NCBI GenBank assembly: GCA_963763215.1
Contig: CAVXNX010000023.1
Coordinates: forward strand, 110,260 to 174,259
Reading direction: 5' to 3'
Length of the DNA stretch: 64,000 nt
Source of the DNA: an uncultured Bacteroidales bacterium
Lineage (GTDB): Bacteria > Bacteroidota > Bacteroidia > Bacteroidales > GCA-2748055
The notes beneath the pieces were generated by a model that worked only from the letters and a program-made list of their open reading frames with translations, ran no database searches and was not told where the DNA came from. The position numbers and the translations under genes were made by a program. Numbering within the stretch: position 1 is the stretch's first letter; the number at the start of each line of letters is the position of its first letter. This document shows, piece by piece, positions 43,656 through 54,266 of this stretch.

Positions 43656-44584
43656 TCATCTGTATTTTCCCCCCTCATCTTCAAGCATATTGATATAGCT
43701 GATATACCGCGAGCTGCTGATCCTGCCTTCCCGGACGGCCTCAATGACCGCGCATCCCGGTTCATGGGTGTGCGTGCAGTTATGAAACCGGCAGCCGGAT
43801 GAAACCCTGAAAATTTCGGGAAAGTAATGAAAAAGTTCGTCTTTACCGAAATCGATCAGTCCGAATCCTTTAATCCCCGGTGTATCGATGATATATCCCC
43901 CAAAGGAAAATTCATGCATCTCCGAAAATGTTGTGGTATGCCGGCCGGCCTGGTGTGTGCCGGAGATCGAGGCAGTGCGGAGATCGAGGCCGGGGTCGAG
44001 AACATTGATCAGGGTGGATTTCCCGACTCCCGAATTTCCTGATATGACGTTCAGCTTCCCGGCCATTTTTCCTGGCGGAGAAGATCCGTATTTTCATGCC
44101 GTATGGCCGAAAGTTCATAGCAGGGATAGCCGATTTCCTGATACGTTTTTTTGAACCAGGCGAGTTCCGCTTTCAGGGCATCATTATACAGGTCGGTCTT
44201 GTTGAAGAGCAGACTGACCGGGATACTGTAGGCTTCGGCCGTTACCAGGAACCGGTCGATGAATTCCGGGAAGGTGCGGGGAGAGATGAGAGTGACCATC
44301 AGCCAGGCCTGGTCGACATTCGCCGCCACGAGCTGGTATTCCTTTGAGAGATTGGGCGACCGCCTGATGATGTAATTTTTTCTTTCCTCAATGTGGGTGA
44401 TCACCCCGGTGTTTCCCTCATCCAGGGGGGTGAATTCCACCCGGTCACCCACGGCTACGGGGTTGGTTGCCCGGATGCCTTTTATGCGATAAACCCCGCG
44501 GATCTTACAGTTCGTGACGGATCCGTCCGGTGCTCTCACCGTAAACCAGCTCCCTGTCGACTTTATGACAATCCCTTGTTTCAA
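43656..44584 (-). pseudogene. rsgA: Ribosome small-subunit-dependent GTPase A, one frame break near 44060
   Basis: OB-fold N-terminus (44051..44584), then [12 protein letters not shown] and the zinc motif [16 protein letters not shown] (43656..44066). Confidence 0.85.
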
Positions 44585-44594
44585 GTGATGTTGA

Positions 44595-46298
44595 TCAATA
44601 AATCCCAGCCGCTAAAGATAAAGAAAAATAGAAAAGATGTCCGCTCTTTTCCCTTCCCTTCTTCCGACAAACGGGCCGGGCCCCGATGGTGCAGATCCGT
44701 GCGGATCTTAGTGCGGATTTTCGCCAAGTCCGCAGACTGTCGCGAATGACCCTGGTCCAGATCTTATACCCGTCGGCATTCATGTGGATCCCGTCGCTGA
44801 CGAAGATTTTCGTGTTCAGCTTCCCGTCGGGGTTGAACATCGGCGACGACACATCGATGTAAGTGACATTCGGATATTCGCCGGCGAGGTCCTGCAGCGC
44901 CTTCTGTGCTTCAACGTACTTCGGCCAGAAATTCATCCGGTTTATCGATGGCTTGGGCGAAAGGATGTAGATGCGGGTATCGGGTCTTTGTTCAAGAACC
45001 CGGTCGATAAACCGTTTGACATTACCCCGGATCTTTTCCGCCGGATATCCCCGCGGGATATCGTTGTCACCCTCGTAGTAGACAATGGTCGCCGGTTTGT
45101 AGGGAAGAACGATCTGATCCATGTACATGAGCGCTTCCTCTGATGTCGAGCCGCCAAATCCCCGGTGGATGATACTGAGTTCGGGGAAATCTTTTTTCAG
45201 CGTGTTCCATTTCCGGATACTGGAGCTGCCGATAAACAGAACACCATCGGCGGGAGGCGGGGAAAGGCGATCCTTCATCACGAAGTTCCGGATCTCCGGC
45301 TCAAAGGGTTTGGGGTGTGTTTTGCCGTACAGCCTGGGGGCAATGTAAAGGTCATGGAATCCAACAGGTTCACCATTGATGTACACCATCAGGCTGTCGT
45401 GATCGAAATCCAGCTGATCAGCCCGGAAGCTGAAGGTATCGGGTTTCCAGGCCTGGTCATTGACTGCCACGGCTTCGAAAAATTTTCCACCGTTCCGGTC
45501 GACCCGGATCTTGTCTCCCCTTTTTGTGCCGAACACCTCCAGGCTGGCTTTGCTGCCGTCGGTGATAAAGAGATCCGAACTGCCCTTCAGTACCGTACTT
45601 TCGTTTTCAGTGAGGGAGACATCGTACATGGCAAAGGAGTTCAGGTAGCTGTGACCGACACTGTACCAGGTAAGCTGGGTTTTTTTCCGGTCGATGGAAG
45701 GGTCGCTGTCGTCGATGTAAACCTGCAGGGCTACATGATGACCCGTTCCCGGATCCACTCCCAGGGATAGCGGATTGACCCGGATTTCCCATGTGGTATG
45801 GTTGCCCTTCCGGACGAAGGAACTGGAAACATCGGGGTCTATGGTCTGCAGGGCCGGTGTTTCACGGAAATCATTGATCAGGACGAATGGCTTCCCCTGT
45901 GCCGTCATCACGGGAACGAAGCTCATCTGGAGGATGTCGTCAGAACCCCGCGAAGGGGCCATGAAAATTTCGACCGCGTCGGCATTCCAGGGGGCGACCG
46001 TGTCAGTGGCCAGTTGATCGTCGGTGATATCCAGTGCGATCAGAATACCCTGATCATTCCATGCCGTCCTGAGCCAGGCTTCCAGGTTCTCCGGGGTCGG
46101 ATATTTTCCGAGGGGATTGGCGTACAGGCGCGTTGGGCTGATCGCCGACCACTCATTGAGGTTCCCATCCGGACGGAAATCCTGAAGGCGGGGTATCGAA
46201 ATGCGAAGATCGGGCGGGGTGCTGTTTCCCTGGCACGAGCTAACCAGGATGGAAATAAGGAGTAACAGCGATAAATGTGCAGCCAGTCTCTTTTTCAT
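44595..46298 (-). CDS. Lipoprotein with a CBM9-like domain fused to an SGNH/GDSL-type esterase
   Basis: Lipobox LLLISILVSSC. CBM9-like stretch DGNLNEWSAI...WNADAVEIFM. SGNH blocks FIGSSSIRKW, GFGGST, YEGDNDI, SDGIHMNADGYKIW. The last ~50 codons (below about 44745) look like read-through of non-coding sequence. Confidence 0.7.
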   Translation of the reverse strand: MKKRLAAHLSLLLLISILVSSCQGNSTPPDLRISIPRLQDFRPDGNLNEWSAISPTRLYANPLGKYPTPENLEAWLRTAWNDQGILIALDITDDQLATDTVAPWNADAVEIFMAPSRGSDDILQMSFVPVMTAQGKPFVLINDFRETPALQTIDPDVSSSFVRKGNHTTWEIRVNPLSLGVDPGTGHHVALQVYIDDSDPSIDRKKTQLTWYSVGHSYLNSFAMYDVSLTENESTVLKGSSDLFITDGSKASLEVFGTKRGDKIRVDRNGGKFFEAVAVNDQAWKPDTFSFRADQLDFDHDSLMVYINGEPVGFHDLYIAPRLYGKTHPKPFEPEIRNFVMKDRLSPPPADGVLFIGSSSIRKWNTLKKDFPELSIIHRGFGGSTSEEALMYMDQIVLPYKPATIVYYEGDNDIPRGYPAEKIRGNVKRFIDRVLEQRPDTRIYILSPKPSINRMNFWPKYVEAQKALQDLAGEYPNVTYIDVSSPMFNPDGKLNTKIFVSDGIHMNADGYKIWTRVIRDSLRTWRKSALRSARICTIGARPVCRKKGREKSGHLFYFSLSLAAGIY

Positions 46299-46574
46299 AT
46301 CAGGTTATTTTTTTAATTCTCCCAGGGCCAATCTGCCATTCCGGATGGATCCGGCGCCTGAAGATCCTGGCCCCGTCCGGCTGAAGCGAAAGCAGGGCTC
46401 CTCGCGGAATGGTCAAATTTAATGATTATGTTGAAGGGAAGGGCCCTAAGGCGGAATTTTTATCTGACGGGAGTTGCCGGTCGACCGGTGCAAAAGATGG
46501 AGCGCACAACTTTTTTAATGGCAGATTTTTGTATTTTTACTTTGCCTGAAAACCGACACCAAAACCGACAGACC

Positions 46575-48782
46575 ATGAAAAAATGCCTGCCTTTCGTTCT
46601 CCTTGTCCTGATGATAGCCTCATGCCAGGGTCCCGCGGTACCTCCTTCCAAAGAAACCTTCCAACCCAAATTCCCCTTCCTCGATTACCGGCTCCCTGTA
46701 GACCAACGGGTGAAAGATCTCGTTTCCCGACTCACCCTCGAGGAAAAAGTGGGCCAGATGATGTACAATGCTCCGGGTGTGGAACGACTGGGTGTTCCGG
46801 CCTATAACTGGTGGAACGAATGTCTCCACGGAGTGGCCAGGAATGGCCGGGCAACGGTCTTTCCCCAGGCCATCGGAATGGCGGCTACCTTCGACGACAG
46901 TCTGATCCGGAGCATTTCCTCCGCCATCGGGGACGAAGCCCGGGCGAAATTCAGAATCTCCCAGTCGATCGGTAACCGCGGACAATATGCCGGGCTGACC
47001 TTCTGGACGCCCAACGTCAATATTTTTCGCGATCCGCGGTGGGGAAGGGGACAGGAAACCTACGGCGAAGATCCCTTCCTGACTTCAAAACTGGGAACTG
47101 CTTTTGTCGAAGGGCTGCAGGGTGACGGACCATACCTGAAAGCCGCCGCCTGTGCAAAACATTTCGTGGTCCACAGCGGACCTGAGAAACTGAGACATGA
47201 ATTCAATGCCGTCGCCTCTCCGAAGGACATGAACGAGACCTATTTCCCGGCCTTCAAAGCCCTTGCCGAAGCCGGGGTGGAAGGGTTCATGTGCGCTTAT
47301 AACCGGACCAATGGAAAACCCTGCTGTGCCAGCCCGGAACTTCTGACCGACGTCCTCCGTGAAGAATGGGGATTTACCGGCTATATCACCTCCGACTGCT
47401 GGGCCCTGGAAGATATTTACAAAGGGCACGGTACGGCTGCCACTGCGGTCCAGGCTGCCGTCATGGCCTTCAAAAGCGGGGTCAACCTGAATTGCGGCGA
47501 TATCTTCAATCCGAACCTTATCCTGGCGGTAAAACAGGGTCTGATCTCCGAAAACCAGATCGATTCATCGCTGCGCATCCTCCTTAAAACACGTTTCAAA
47601 CTCGGACTTTTCGATCCCCCCGGAATGAATCCCTACGACAGTATACCGGCCAGTATCATCAATTCAAAAAGTCATATTCAGCTCGCCCGCCAGGCTGCCC
47701 GTGAATCCATGGTCCTCCTGAAAAATACCGGCGTGTTGCCTCTCAGTGACAGCATCCGTTCCCTGTATATTGTGGGCCCGAACGCCGCGGATATCGAACC
47801 TCTCCTCGGAAATTATTACGGGGTGAACGGGGATATGGTCACCTTCCTGGAAGGAGTCGTGGCAAGGGTAAGTGCCGGGACGTCTGTCGAATATAAGAAG
47901 GGGTTCCTGCTCGACCGTGAAAATCCCAATCCCATCGACTGGTCGACGGGCGGAGCCGCAAATGCCGACGCCACCATCATCGTTGCTGGGATTTCGGGCC
48001 TGATCGAGGGCGAGGAAGGCGAATCCATCTCGTCACAGCATTTCGGCGACCGGCTCGATTATGGTCTGCCCGATAATCAGGTCAGTTACATCAAAAAAAT
48101 ATCCGCGGCCGCCGGCGATAAGCCCCTCATTCTCGTTCTCACCGCTGGCAGCCCTCTTGACGTCAGGGAAGTGGAACCGTATGTGGATGCCATAATCTAT
48201 GCCTGGTACCCGGGCGAACAGGGCGGGAATGCCTTTGCCGACATACTCTTCGGGGATTACAATCCTTCGGGCCGGCTTCCAATCACCTTCCCGGAGTCGT
48301 TCGATCAGCTTCCTCCCTATGACGATTATTCCATGAAAAACCGGACGTACCGCTATATGAACGGTGAGCCGGCGTATCCTTTCGGATTCGGCCTGAGCTA
48401 CACCACCTTCAGCTATGATTCCATCATGGTGGGAGATCCGTTGATCAGCCGGGGCGATAAGGTCCTGGTGACAGTCAGGTTGAAAAACACCGGGAAGCGC
48501 GATGGAAATGAAATCGTTCAGCTCTACCTCACCTATCCGGAATCGCTCGGGAATGCCCCCCGTTATGCCCTGAAATCGTTCCGGAAAGTTTCACTGAAAG
48601 CCGGTGAAGAACGTGATGTTAACCTGGAACTGCCGGCCGATGCGTTCCGGGTTTTCGATGAGGCGGGCAATGCCATATTCCTTCCCGGCAGCTACCGGAT
48701 GATCGCCGGCGGATCATCGCCGGGAACAAAAAGCCGGGAGCTGGGTAAGGAATTCGTCAGCGTCGGGGTCACGGTTGAATAG
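46575..48782 (+). CDS. Glycoside hydrolase family 3 beta-glucosidase/xylosidase-like lipoprotein
   Basis: Lipobox MKKCLPFVLLVLMIASC (internal Met of ORF 46422..48782). GH3 blocks NWWNECLHG, GFTGYITSDCWA, and a C-terminal PA14-free fibronectin-like end. Intact. Confidence 0.85.
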   Translation: MKKCLPFVLLVLMIASCQGPAVPPSKETFQPKFPFLDYRLPVDQRVKDLVSRLTLEEKVGQMMYNAPGVERLGVPAYNWWNECLHGVARNGRATVFPQAIGMAATFDDSLIRSISSAIGDEARAKFRISQSIGNRGQYAGLTFWTPNVNIFRDPRWGRGQETYGEDPFLTSKLGTAFVEGLQGDGPYLKAAACAKHFVVHSGPEKLRHEFNAVASPKDMNETYFPAFKALAEAGVEGFMCAYNRTNGKPCCASPELLTDVLREEWGFTGYITSDCWALEDIYKGHGTAATAVQAAVMAFKSGVNLNCGDIFNPNLILAVKQGLISENQIDSSLRILLKTRFKLGLFDPPGMNPYDSIPASIINSKSHIQLARQAARESMVLLKNTGVLPLSDSIRSLYIVGPNAADIEPLLGNYYGVNGDMVTFLEGVVARVSAGTSVEYKKGFLLDRENPNPIDWSTGGAANADATIIVAGISGLIEGEEGESISSQHFGDRLDYGLPDNQVSYIKKISAAAGDKPLILVLTAGSPLDVREVEPYVDAIIYAWYPGEQGGNAFADILFGDYNPSGRLPITFPESFDQLPPYDDYSMKNRTYRYMNGEPAYPFGFGLSYTTFSYDSIMVGDPLISRGDKVLVTVRLKNTGKRDGNEIVQLYLTYPESLGNAPRYALKSFRKVSLKAGEERDVNLELPADAFRVFDEAGNAIFLPGSYRMIAGGSSPGTKSRELGKEFVSVGVTVE

Positions 48783-48899
48783 GACTCCGGCGGACCGGTT
48801 GATGGACTTTGCGCCGTGCCTGTCATCACAAATTGGGGTTCGGGCGTTTTTTTACAGGATACGATGGATTCTTTTTTAAGCCGGACAGGGATATCCCTG

Positions 48900-49483
48900 C
48901 TAAAATTTTCCGAATCGAAAACTCCGGCTCGCCCGGGATTTGAAAAATGGCCGTTGGTGAGGCCGGGGGTATCTACACCGAAAGCCACCAGATAACAGGC
49001 CCCGACGCCGACCTTGAAGAACCGTGTAAAATTCAGCTCGAGCTCAAGCTGGGGAATGAGCATGAAAATGTTGTCCTTCAGATAGGAGATGTCCTGGGAA
49101 TCAAACAGGTTGATCTCCCCCCAGCCTGCATTGATATAAAATGCGGGATGGATAGCCTTCCGGCTCATGAAGGTGTAGCCCGCCATCAGTCCGCCGAAGC
49201 CGTATTGCATCTTCAGCCGGTTGAAATCATCGATAGCCGGGGGATTTAAACGGTTGGTTGAACCGTACCCAAAGCCGCCAATGACCAGATCATTGATGAT
49301 CACGCCTCCCCCTCCACCCATAAGGTGGACAAACTGCCCGTCGGCACCGGTGAAGATCATGAAGGGACCGCCCATGCCCGAAATCCTTACAGGGGTTTGG
49401 ATGATGGTCTGAAATCCATCATCCTGGGCATGCACTTGAATGAACGAGATGACCAGAGTGAGAATCAGGAGTGTTCTTTTCAT
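48900..49483 (-). pseudogene. Small outer-membrane-like protein, one frame break near 48940
   Basis: Signal MKRTLLILTLVISFIQVHAQ and a Gly-rich beta pattern. A shifted frame ends ASRSFRFGKF with a stop at 48900-48902. The in-track tail overlapping the GH3 gene is probably spurious. Confidence 0.45.
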
Positions 49484-49697
49484 CGGATCCGCGTTTTTTA
49501 ATACCGAATGGCATGGTCGGATCCCGGCTTTCCGGGCCGGGCAGAAAAACAGAGAATGATGAAGAACCTTTTCCGTTAAGAAACAGATATAACGGGTTTA
49601 TTGTAATGCAAGTTAGGCCAATCCCGCATTCCGGTCAAGAGGATTGAAAAATTTGTGAAAAGCGGGAATTGGAAATTGTGCCCGGAGGTGGAAGGGC

Positions 49698-50078
49698 TCA
49701 GTGGTGAAAAAATTCTTCCAGTCCGCCGAAATAGTATTCATCCCAGCCCTGTTTCATATCCTCAAAGGCATCGTCGGGGATATTGCTGTGGGTCAGCTCG
49801 ATATTCGTATAGATTTTGTCTTCCCTCAGCCGGATGGTGACAATGGATTTTTCCTCCTGTTCGCCGAAGTACCATTCCTGGACGATTTTTTCATTGGGAA
49901 CGAATTCGAGGTTCACCCCGGTGATGTCGCCGTCAAAGAGGGAAAATTCGGTTCCGGCTTTTTCTTCCATCTGTACTTTGGCGCCTGTCCATAAGGCGAT
50001 GGCGAAAGGTTTGACGAGAGCATTATAGACCTCCTCGGGAGTGGCTTTTATCCTGTAGTGTTTGTGGTAGGTTTTCAT
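49698..50078 (-). CDS. SRPBCC / AHSA1 (START-like) domain protein
   Basis: 126-aa ORF. PEEVYNALVKPFAIALWTGA, EWYFGEQEE and the length fit the Aha1/BPI-like SRPBCC family. Confidence 0.7.
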   Translation of the reverse strand: MKTYHKHYRIKATPEEVYNALVKPFAIALWTGAKVQMEEKAGTEFSLFDGDITGVNLEFVPNEKIVQEWYFGEQEEKSIVTIRLREDKIYTNIELTHSNIPDDAFEDMKQGWDEYYFGGLEEFFHH

Positions 50079-50142
50079 GGTTATCGGTTCTTTTTGTAAA
50101 GCTATGAAAATGTTTGCACTTTCCCATGATGCTCAAAAGAGG

Positions 50143-51492
50143 CTATATCCTGCCTTCCGGGCCGGGATTGTCCGGCCGGGCGTCGTTGACATTGTTTGCC
50201 CGCATGGAGAGGAAGAAAAGCACGAATGTGATGATACCCAGGATAAGTGCGGCGGCATTGTAACTTCCCGTCATCCGGTTGGAAAGGCTGAAAATAAAAG
50301 GGCCCAGTGCACTTCCGATGACCGTCCAGCTCATGGCGAAACCGGAGATCTGACCCAGGTGCTTCACCCCGAAAAATCGCGGCCAGGTGATGGCCATAAG
50401 AATGCCGAACATCCCGTTGGCGATGCCGATCCCGACAATGATCAGCGGGATACCTGCCGGAGTTCCGAGATAGATCGTCCCGGCGATGCCAAGCAGCAAA
50501 CCGGTGAGATTGAAGGTGAGCAGGTACTTCAGCCGGGTGAAATCACTGATCCAGCTGCTGATGAAGGTGATGGGAACGGCAACGAAAGCTGAGGGAAGGA
50601 AGAGCGATACGGCTTTTGCATTGCTGAAACCATAATGGGCAAAGATCGATTCGACGTTGAACGTATATGCCGTGATGTACAGGGCATTCATGGTCAGTGT
50701 CAGGTTGAATATCCAGAACGAATAGGTTCTCACGGCTTCAGCCAGCGTATAATCTTTATCGGGAGTCGATTTGAATTTTTTAGTCGTGACGGTCCGAATT
50801 CTGCCGTCAGGAATCAGACCCGCATCACCCGGGTTGTCACGGAAGAACAGGAACGCAAAAATGACGAAGCCAATGCCGACGATCAGGGCGAGGTACTGCC
50901 AGGCTCCACGCCACCCCGAAAAGTCGATGATGTTCTGAATGATCCGGGGGGAATAGGAGAAACCGAAGGCGGTGAATACCCCGAGAAAGGAATTGGCAAA
51001 TCCACGGCGCTGGTCGAACCATTTCATGACCATATTGCGCGAGGTCATGGTCAGGACACCCTGACCAAAAAAGCGGATGCCGAAAAAGCCTACCACGGTG
51101 AGGACAAAGATCAGGACGGGTCTGCTGAACCGGGGAAAGATGGAAATGGTGAAGGAAGCAATGGCGTCGACACGGGTCAGGTAGACCAGCATGAGGCCAA
51201 GGAAAAATCCGGCAAAAATGGCCATGACCCTGGCCCCCATACGGTCATAAAGGGTCCCGGCATAGGTGATGATCAGCCCGCTGGCAATGGTGCCCAGCAG
51301 GTAGGCGGTACTGAGGCTCACCCGGCTCATCGCGAAGTCCCTGATCAGGTGGTCGGTGAAGACCGATACCCCCATGGTCTGCCCGGGAATGCTCATGATC
51401 ACACCGACAATCCCGGCAAAAAGGATGATCCATCCATAGAATACGGGCGACCGTCGCGGACTGAAGGGTATATTGACAGGTATTTTGATCAT
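50143..51492 (-). CDS. MFS transporter
   Basis: Intact 449-aa ORF with about 12 hydrophobic segments and an MFS loop motif GTLYDRMGAR. Confidence 0.8.
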   Translation of the reverse strand: MIKIPVNIPFSPRRSPVFYGWIILFAGIVGVIMSIPGQTMGVSVFTDHLIRDFAMSRVSLSTAYLLGTIASGLIITYAGTLYDRMGARVMAIFAGFFLGLMLVYLTRVDAIASFTISIFPRFSRPVLIFVLTVVGFFGIRFFGQGVLTMTSRNMVMKWFDQRRGFANSFLGVFTAFGFSYSPRIIQNIIDFSGWRGAWQYLALIVGIGFVIFAFLFFRDNPGDAGLIPDGRIRTVTTKKFKSTPDKDYTLAEAVRTYSFWIFNLTLTMNALYITAYTFNVESIFAHYGFSNAKAVSLFLPSAFVAVPITFISSWISDFTRLKYLLTFNLTGLLLGIAGTIYLGTPAGIPLIIVGIGIANGMFGILMAITWPRFFGVKHLGQISGFAMSWTVIGSALGPFIFSLSNRMTGSYNAAALILGIITFVLFFLSMRANNVNDARPDNPGPEGRI

Positions 51493-51762
51493 GATCTATG
51501 CAAAGAAACAGAAGAAAATCGGAAACAGCCATCACAGAAGTCAATTCTTTTACAAAAGGCTGCCGGCTTTGGTTGAAAGCCGGAATTCTGCCGGCAGGGC
51601 GCAGGCAAGATCCAAAAGTGCCCGGCATGGGAAATTTGTGCCAGGGGGCGGTTTGGGGTAAAAAGAGGCGTTGATCCTGTATTATTCAGAATAACAGCTG
51701 TTTAACATAATTGTCACGAAGACCTGTTTGGCAGGAAGGGAAACCAGCACTTCGTCGCGGCT

Positions 51763-52228
51763 TCAGCTCTTGTCTTCAATCTCAATCTTAACGATTTGGT
51801 ACCCGCGCCACACTTCAATGGCGGCATAGACAATCCCGGCGAGGACGAAGATCATCCCGAGGAGGAAGGTGACGATGACGATCCAGTTGAGATTTGCCGG
51901 ATTGCTGATCTTGTTTATCCCGATCATCAGTGAGGCAACGATGAAAAAGGCAACGGCAATCGAGTAGGAGAAGACGGCATTACGGACGAGTTTCATCCGC
52001 AGGTAGAGTTTGGAGATCTGCAGATCGATGCTCTGATGCCGTCTGCGCCGGAGTTTCAACGGTCTTTTTCTCGTAGATGAACTTGCGCCGTTCTTCATTC
52101 AGCAGGCGGATGCGGTTTACCACCAGGGAATATTTGTTGTTCATGCCCAGCAGGAGCAATCCGCAGGCCGAGATCATCAGGCCCGGTGCCAGCATGATCT
52201 GGATGAGTCCGGAAGGAGAATCAAACAT
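51763..52228 (-). pseudogene. DUF2721-type membrane protein, one frame break near 52000-52090
   Basis: MFDSPSGLIQIMLAPGLMISACGLLLLGMNNKYSLVVNRIRLLNEE (start at 52228) continues in ORF 51763..52098 (VFSYSIAVAFFIVASLMIG...). Confidence 0.55.
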
Positions 52229-52544
52229 GGATTTTTTTGGCAAAGGTAAAAAGAAGAAAGGAATGACAATCTCTTCCTGTAGCGCCTTTTCCGAAATATA
52301 TTGATAATGGCTCCTGAAAAGGCAGCCGTGTACCGGGAAGGATCTATTCCGCACACGGGTAATGTGTTTTGTCGCTTCACAGGATGCTCATTGCATCACC
52401 CAATGATGCTTTTATCCCCTGGAAAGTCTGAATTGTGAGTATGAATGCAGACAGCTGGCTGCGAAGGAGAGGAGAGAGTAACGACGATATCATGCTGTCT
52501 GCACTCTCTCGCTCTCCCTTGTTCCCTTACACCCGGAAATATTA

Positions 52545-53760
52545 TTATTGCAGAGCAAAATTTATGGGGAAGGTGAATTCGACTTTTACTTTTTTTCCAT
52601 GTTGTTTACCCGGCTGCCAGGTTGGTGAGGAATTGATCACCCTCAGTGCTTCGGCATCCAGGGCAGGATCTGCACCGCTGACAACTTTGGCGTCCATCAC
52701 CTTCCCCTTTGAATTCACATCAAACTGGACGATGACCCGCCCTGATGCCTTGCGATCAACCGCTTCTTTCGGATACCTGAGATTTTCTGAGATGTATTTT
52801 CTGAATTCAACCGCCGGATCTCCGCCGTTAAAGGTCGGCATTTCTTCAACAATGTAAAACGTTTCTTTATCCGGTCCGGAAATGGGCTGATCATTCGTTT
52901 TTTCAGCACAGGAGAATAACACAAGCAGCAGGATAGACGACGGAAGGATGAGCAATCCCTTCCAGATATTGGATTTTTTCTTTTTTTCTGTATTCATCAT
53001 GGCAATGCGATTTTTAATCCGTGAATAATTGAAATGATTGGTTATCGAAAGAGAAGCGCTTCCAATGAGATGTTCCAGAAGGGTGATCTGGTAAGATTTA
53101 ATATTGAACCCCTTTTCAAGTGCGCCTTCATCAGCCAGATATTCATGCACGTTCCGGAGTTCGTTCCGGTACCACCATGACAGCGGGTTGAACCAGAAAA
53201 CACAAGTGAAAAATTCGCTGAATATCACGTCAAGTGTATGCAATTGGCGGGCATGAACCTTTTCATGGGTCAGGATCCTGTCCAGGTCACCGGCATTACT
53301 TATCTGCCCGATGAAGATATCCCGGAAAAAGGAAAAACTGACATGGGAACCGGGAACACGGAAAAGCCTCAGACCTTCCAACAGATCGGGATGGCCATGA
53401 CGCACTTTCATCCGGATGAGGATAAACTGGTAGACGATGCGAAGGGCAAGGACACCGGCAATGACCCGGTACAACCATGTCAGGACCATGGACAAAGGTA
53501 TTCCGGACGATTCACGGATCAGCCCGAATCCCTTACTGTAAATGGTTACCTCGTTCAGGATAATCAGCCGGAAAGGTGAGTGATATCGCGTTAAAATGAA
53601 GACCGGTGGCTGGCAGGACCAGTGAAAGCAAGAGCGCTGCCAGGAGGTAAAACCGCCGCATCACGAAATAGGTATCCTTCATGAAAACAACCCGGTACAC
53701 CAGGGCAAACAGGCCCAGAGCCAGAGCTGATTTCAATGTGTATAGAAGAAACCCGTTCAT
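52545..53760 (-). pseudogene. BlaR1-type M56 metallopeptidase sensor fused to a TonB C-terminal domain, frame break near 53500-53530
   Basis: N-terminal TM piece 53533..53760. HExxH as HEKVHARQLH in 52545..53495. C-terminus PTFNGGDPAVEFRKYISENLRYPKEA...GRVIVQFDVNSKGKV is TonB_C-like. Confidence 0.75.
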
Positions 53761-54128
53761 TTTTGTTCCTTTTTGAGGTTTTCAAGCATCCGTATGATTT
53801 CGTCGGCTTCATTCAGGTTTATCCGGTGATTCGAGGCAAAGAAGGAAACAACCTGCCGTGCTGAATTTCCGAAATAATTCTTCACCACATCGTTCATTTT
53901 GAACTTCGTGTACTCTTTCTTGCTCACTTTCGGATAATACCGGTGAGATTTCCCAAATTCTTCATGCGCTACAAATCCTTTGCTTTCCAGGATCCTGACA
54001 ATGGTCGAAACCGTGTTGTAAGCTGGTTTGGGGTCATCCATACCGGCAATGATGTCTTTGACAAATCCTTTTTCAATGTTCCACAGGATCTGCATGATCT
54101 GCTCTTCAGCTTTAGTGAGTTCTTTCAT
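53757..54128 (-). CDS. BlaI/MecI/CopY family transcriptional repressor
   Basis: The 123-aa winged-helix protein starts MKELTKAEEQIMQILWNIEKGFVKDII. Its stop overlaps the BlaR1-like start. Confidence 0.85.
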   Translation of the reverse strand: MKELTKAEEQIMQILWNIEKGFVKDIIAGMDDPKPAYNTVSTIVRILESKGFVAHEEFGKSHRYYPKVSKKEYTKFKMNDVVKNYFGNSARQVVSFFASNHRINLNEADEIIRMLENLKKEQK

Positions 54129-54166
54129 CGGAGTTAACTAAGAATGATTTTGTCATACAAATATAT

Positions 54167-54222
54167 AACTAAAAACATAGTTTGTCAACTAAAAAGATAG
54201 GTAATTAACTAAAAAATAAGTT
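54167..54222. promoter_or_regulatory. Three phased AACTA-N6-TAGTT-like inverted repeats upstream of the blaI-like gene
   Basis: AACTAAAAACATAGTT at 54167-54182 (perfect 5-bp arms), AACTAAAAAGATAGGT at 54187-54202, AACTAAAAAATAAGTT at 54207-54222. Spacing is exactly 20 bp, 39-95 bp upstream of the start codon at 54126-54128. Confidence 0.3.
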
Positions 54223-54266
54223 TAAAAATGGGTTAAACATCACCGGATCAGGATTGTGACGAAATA

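Noticed and set aside
44650-44745. Solitary degenerate copy of the REP-like arm forming the tail of the CBM9-SGNH ORF
   Set aside because: The stretch GCAGATC..GTGCGGATT..CCGCAGA shares three short blocks, in the same order, with the reverse complement of the array arm. The blocks are separated by 10-13-nt insertions. That is too weak to call without an alignment statistic or more genomic copies.
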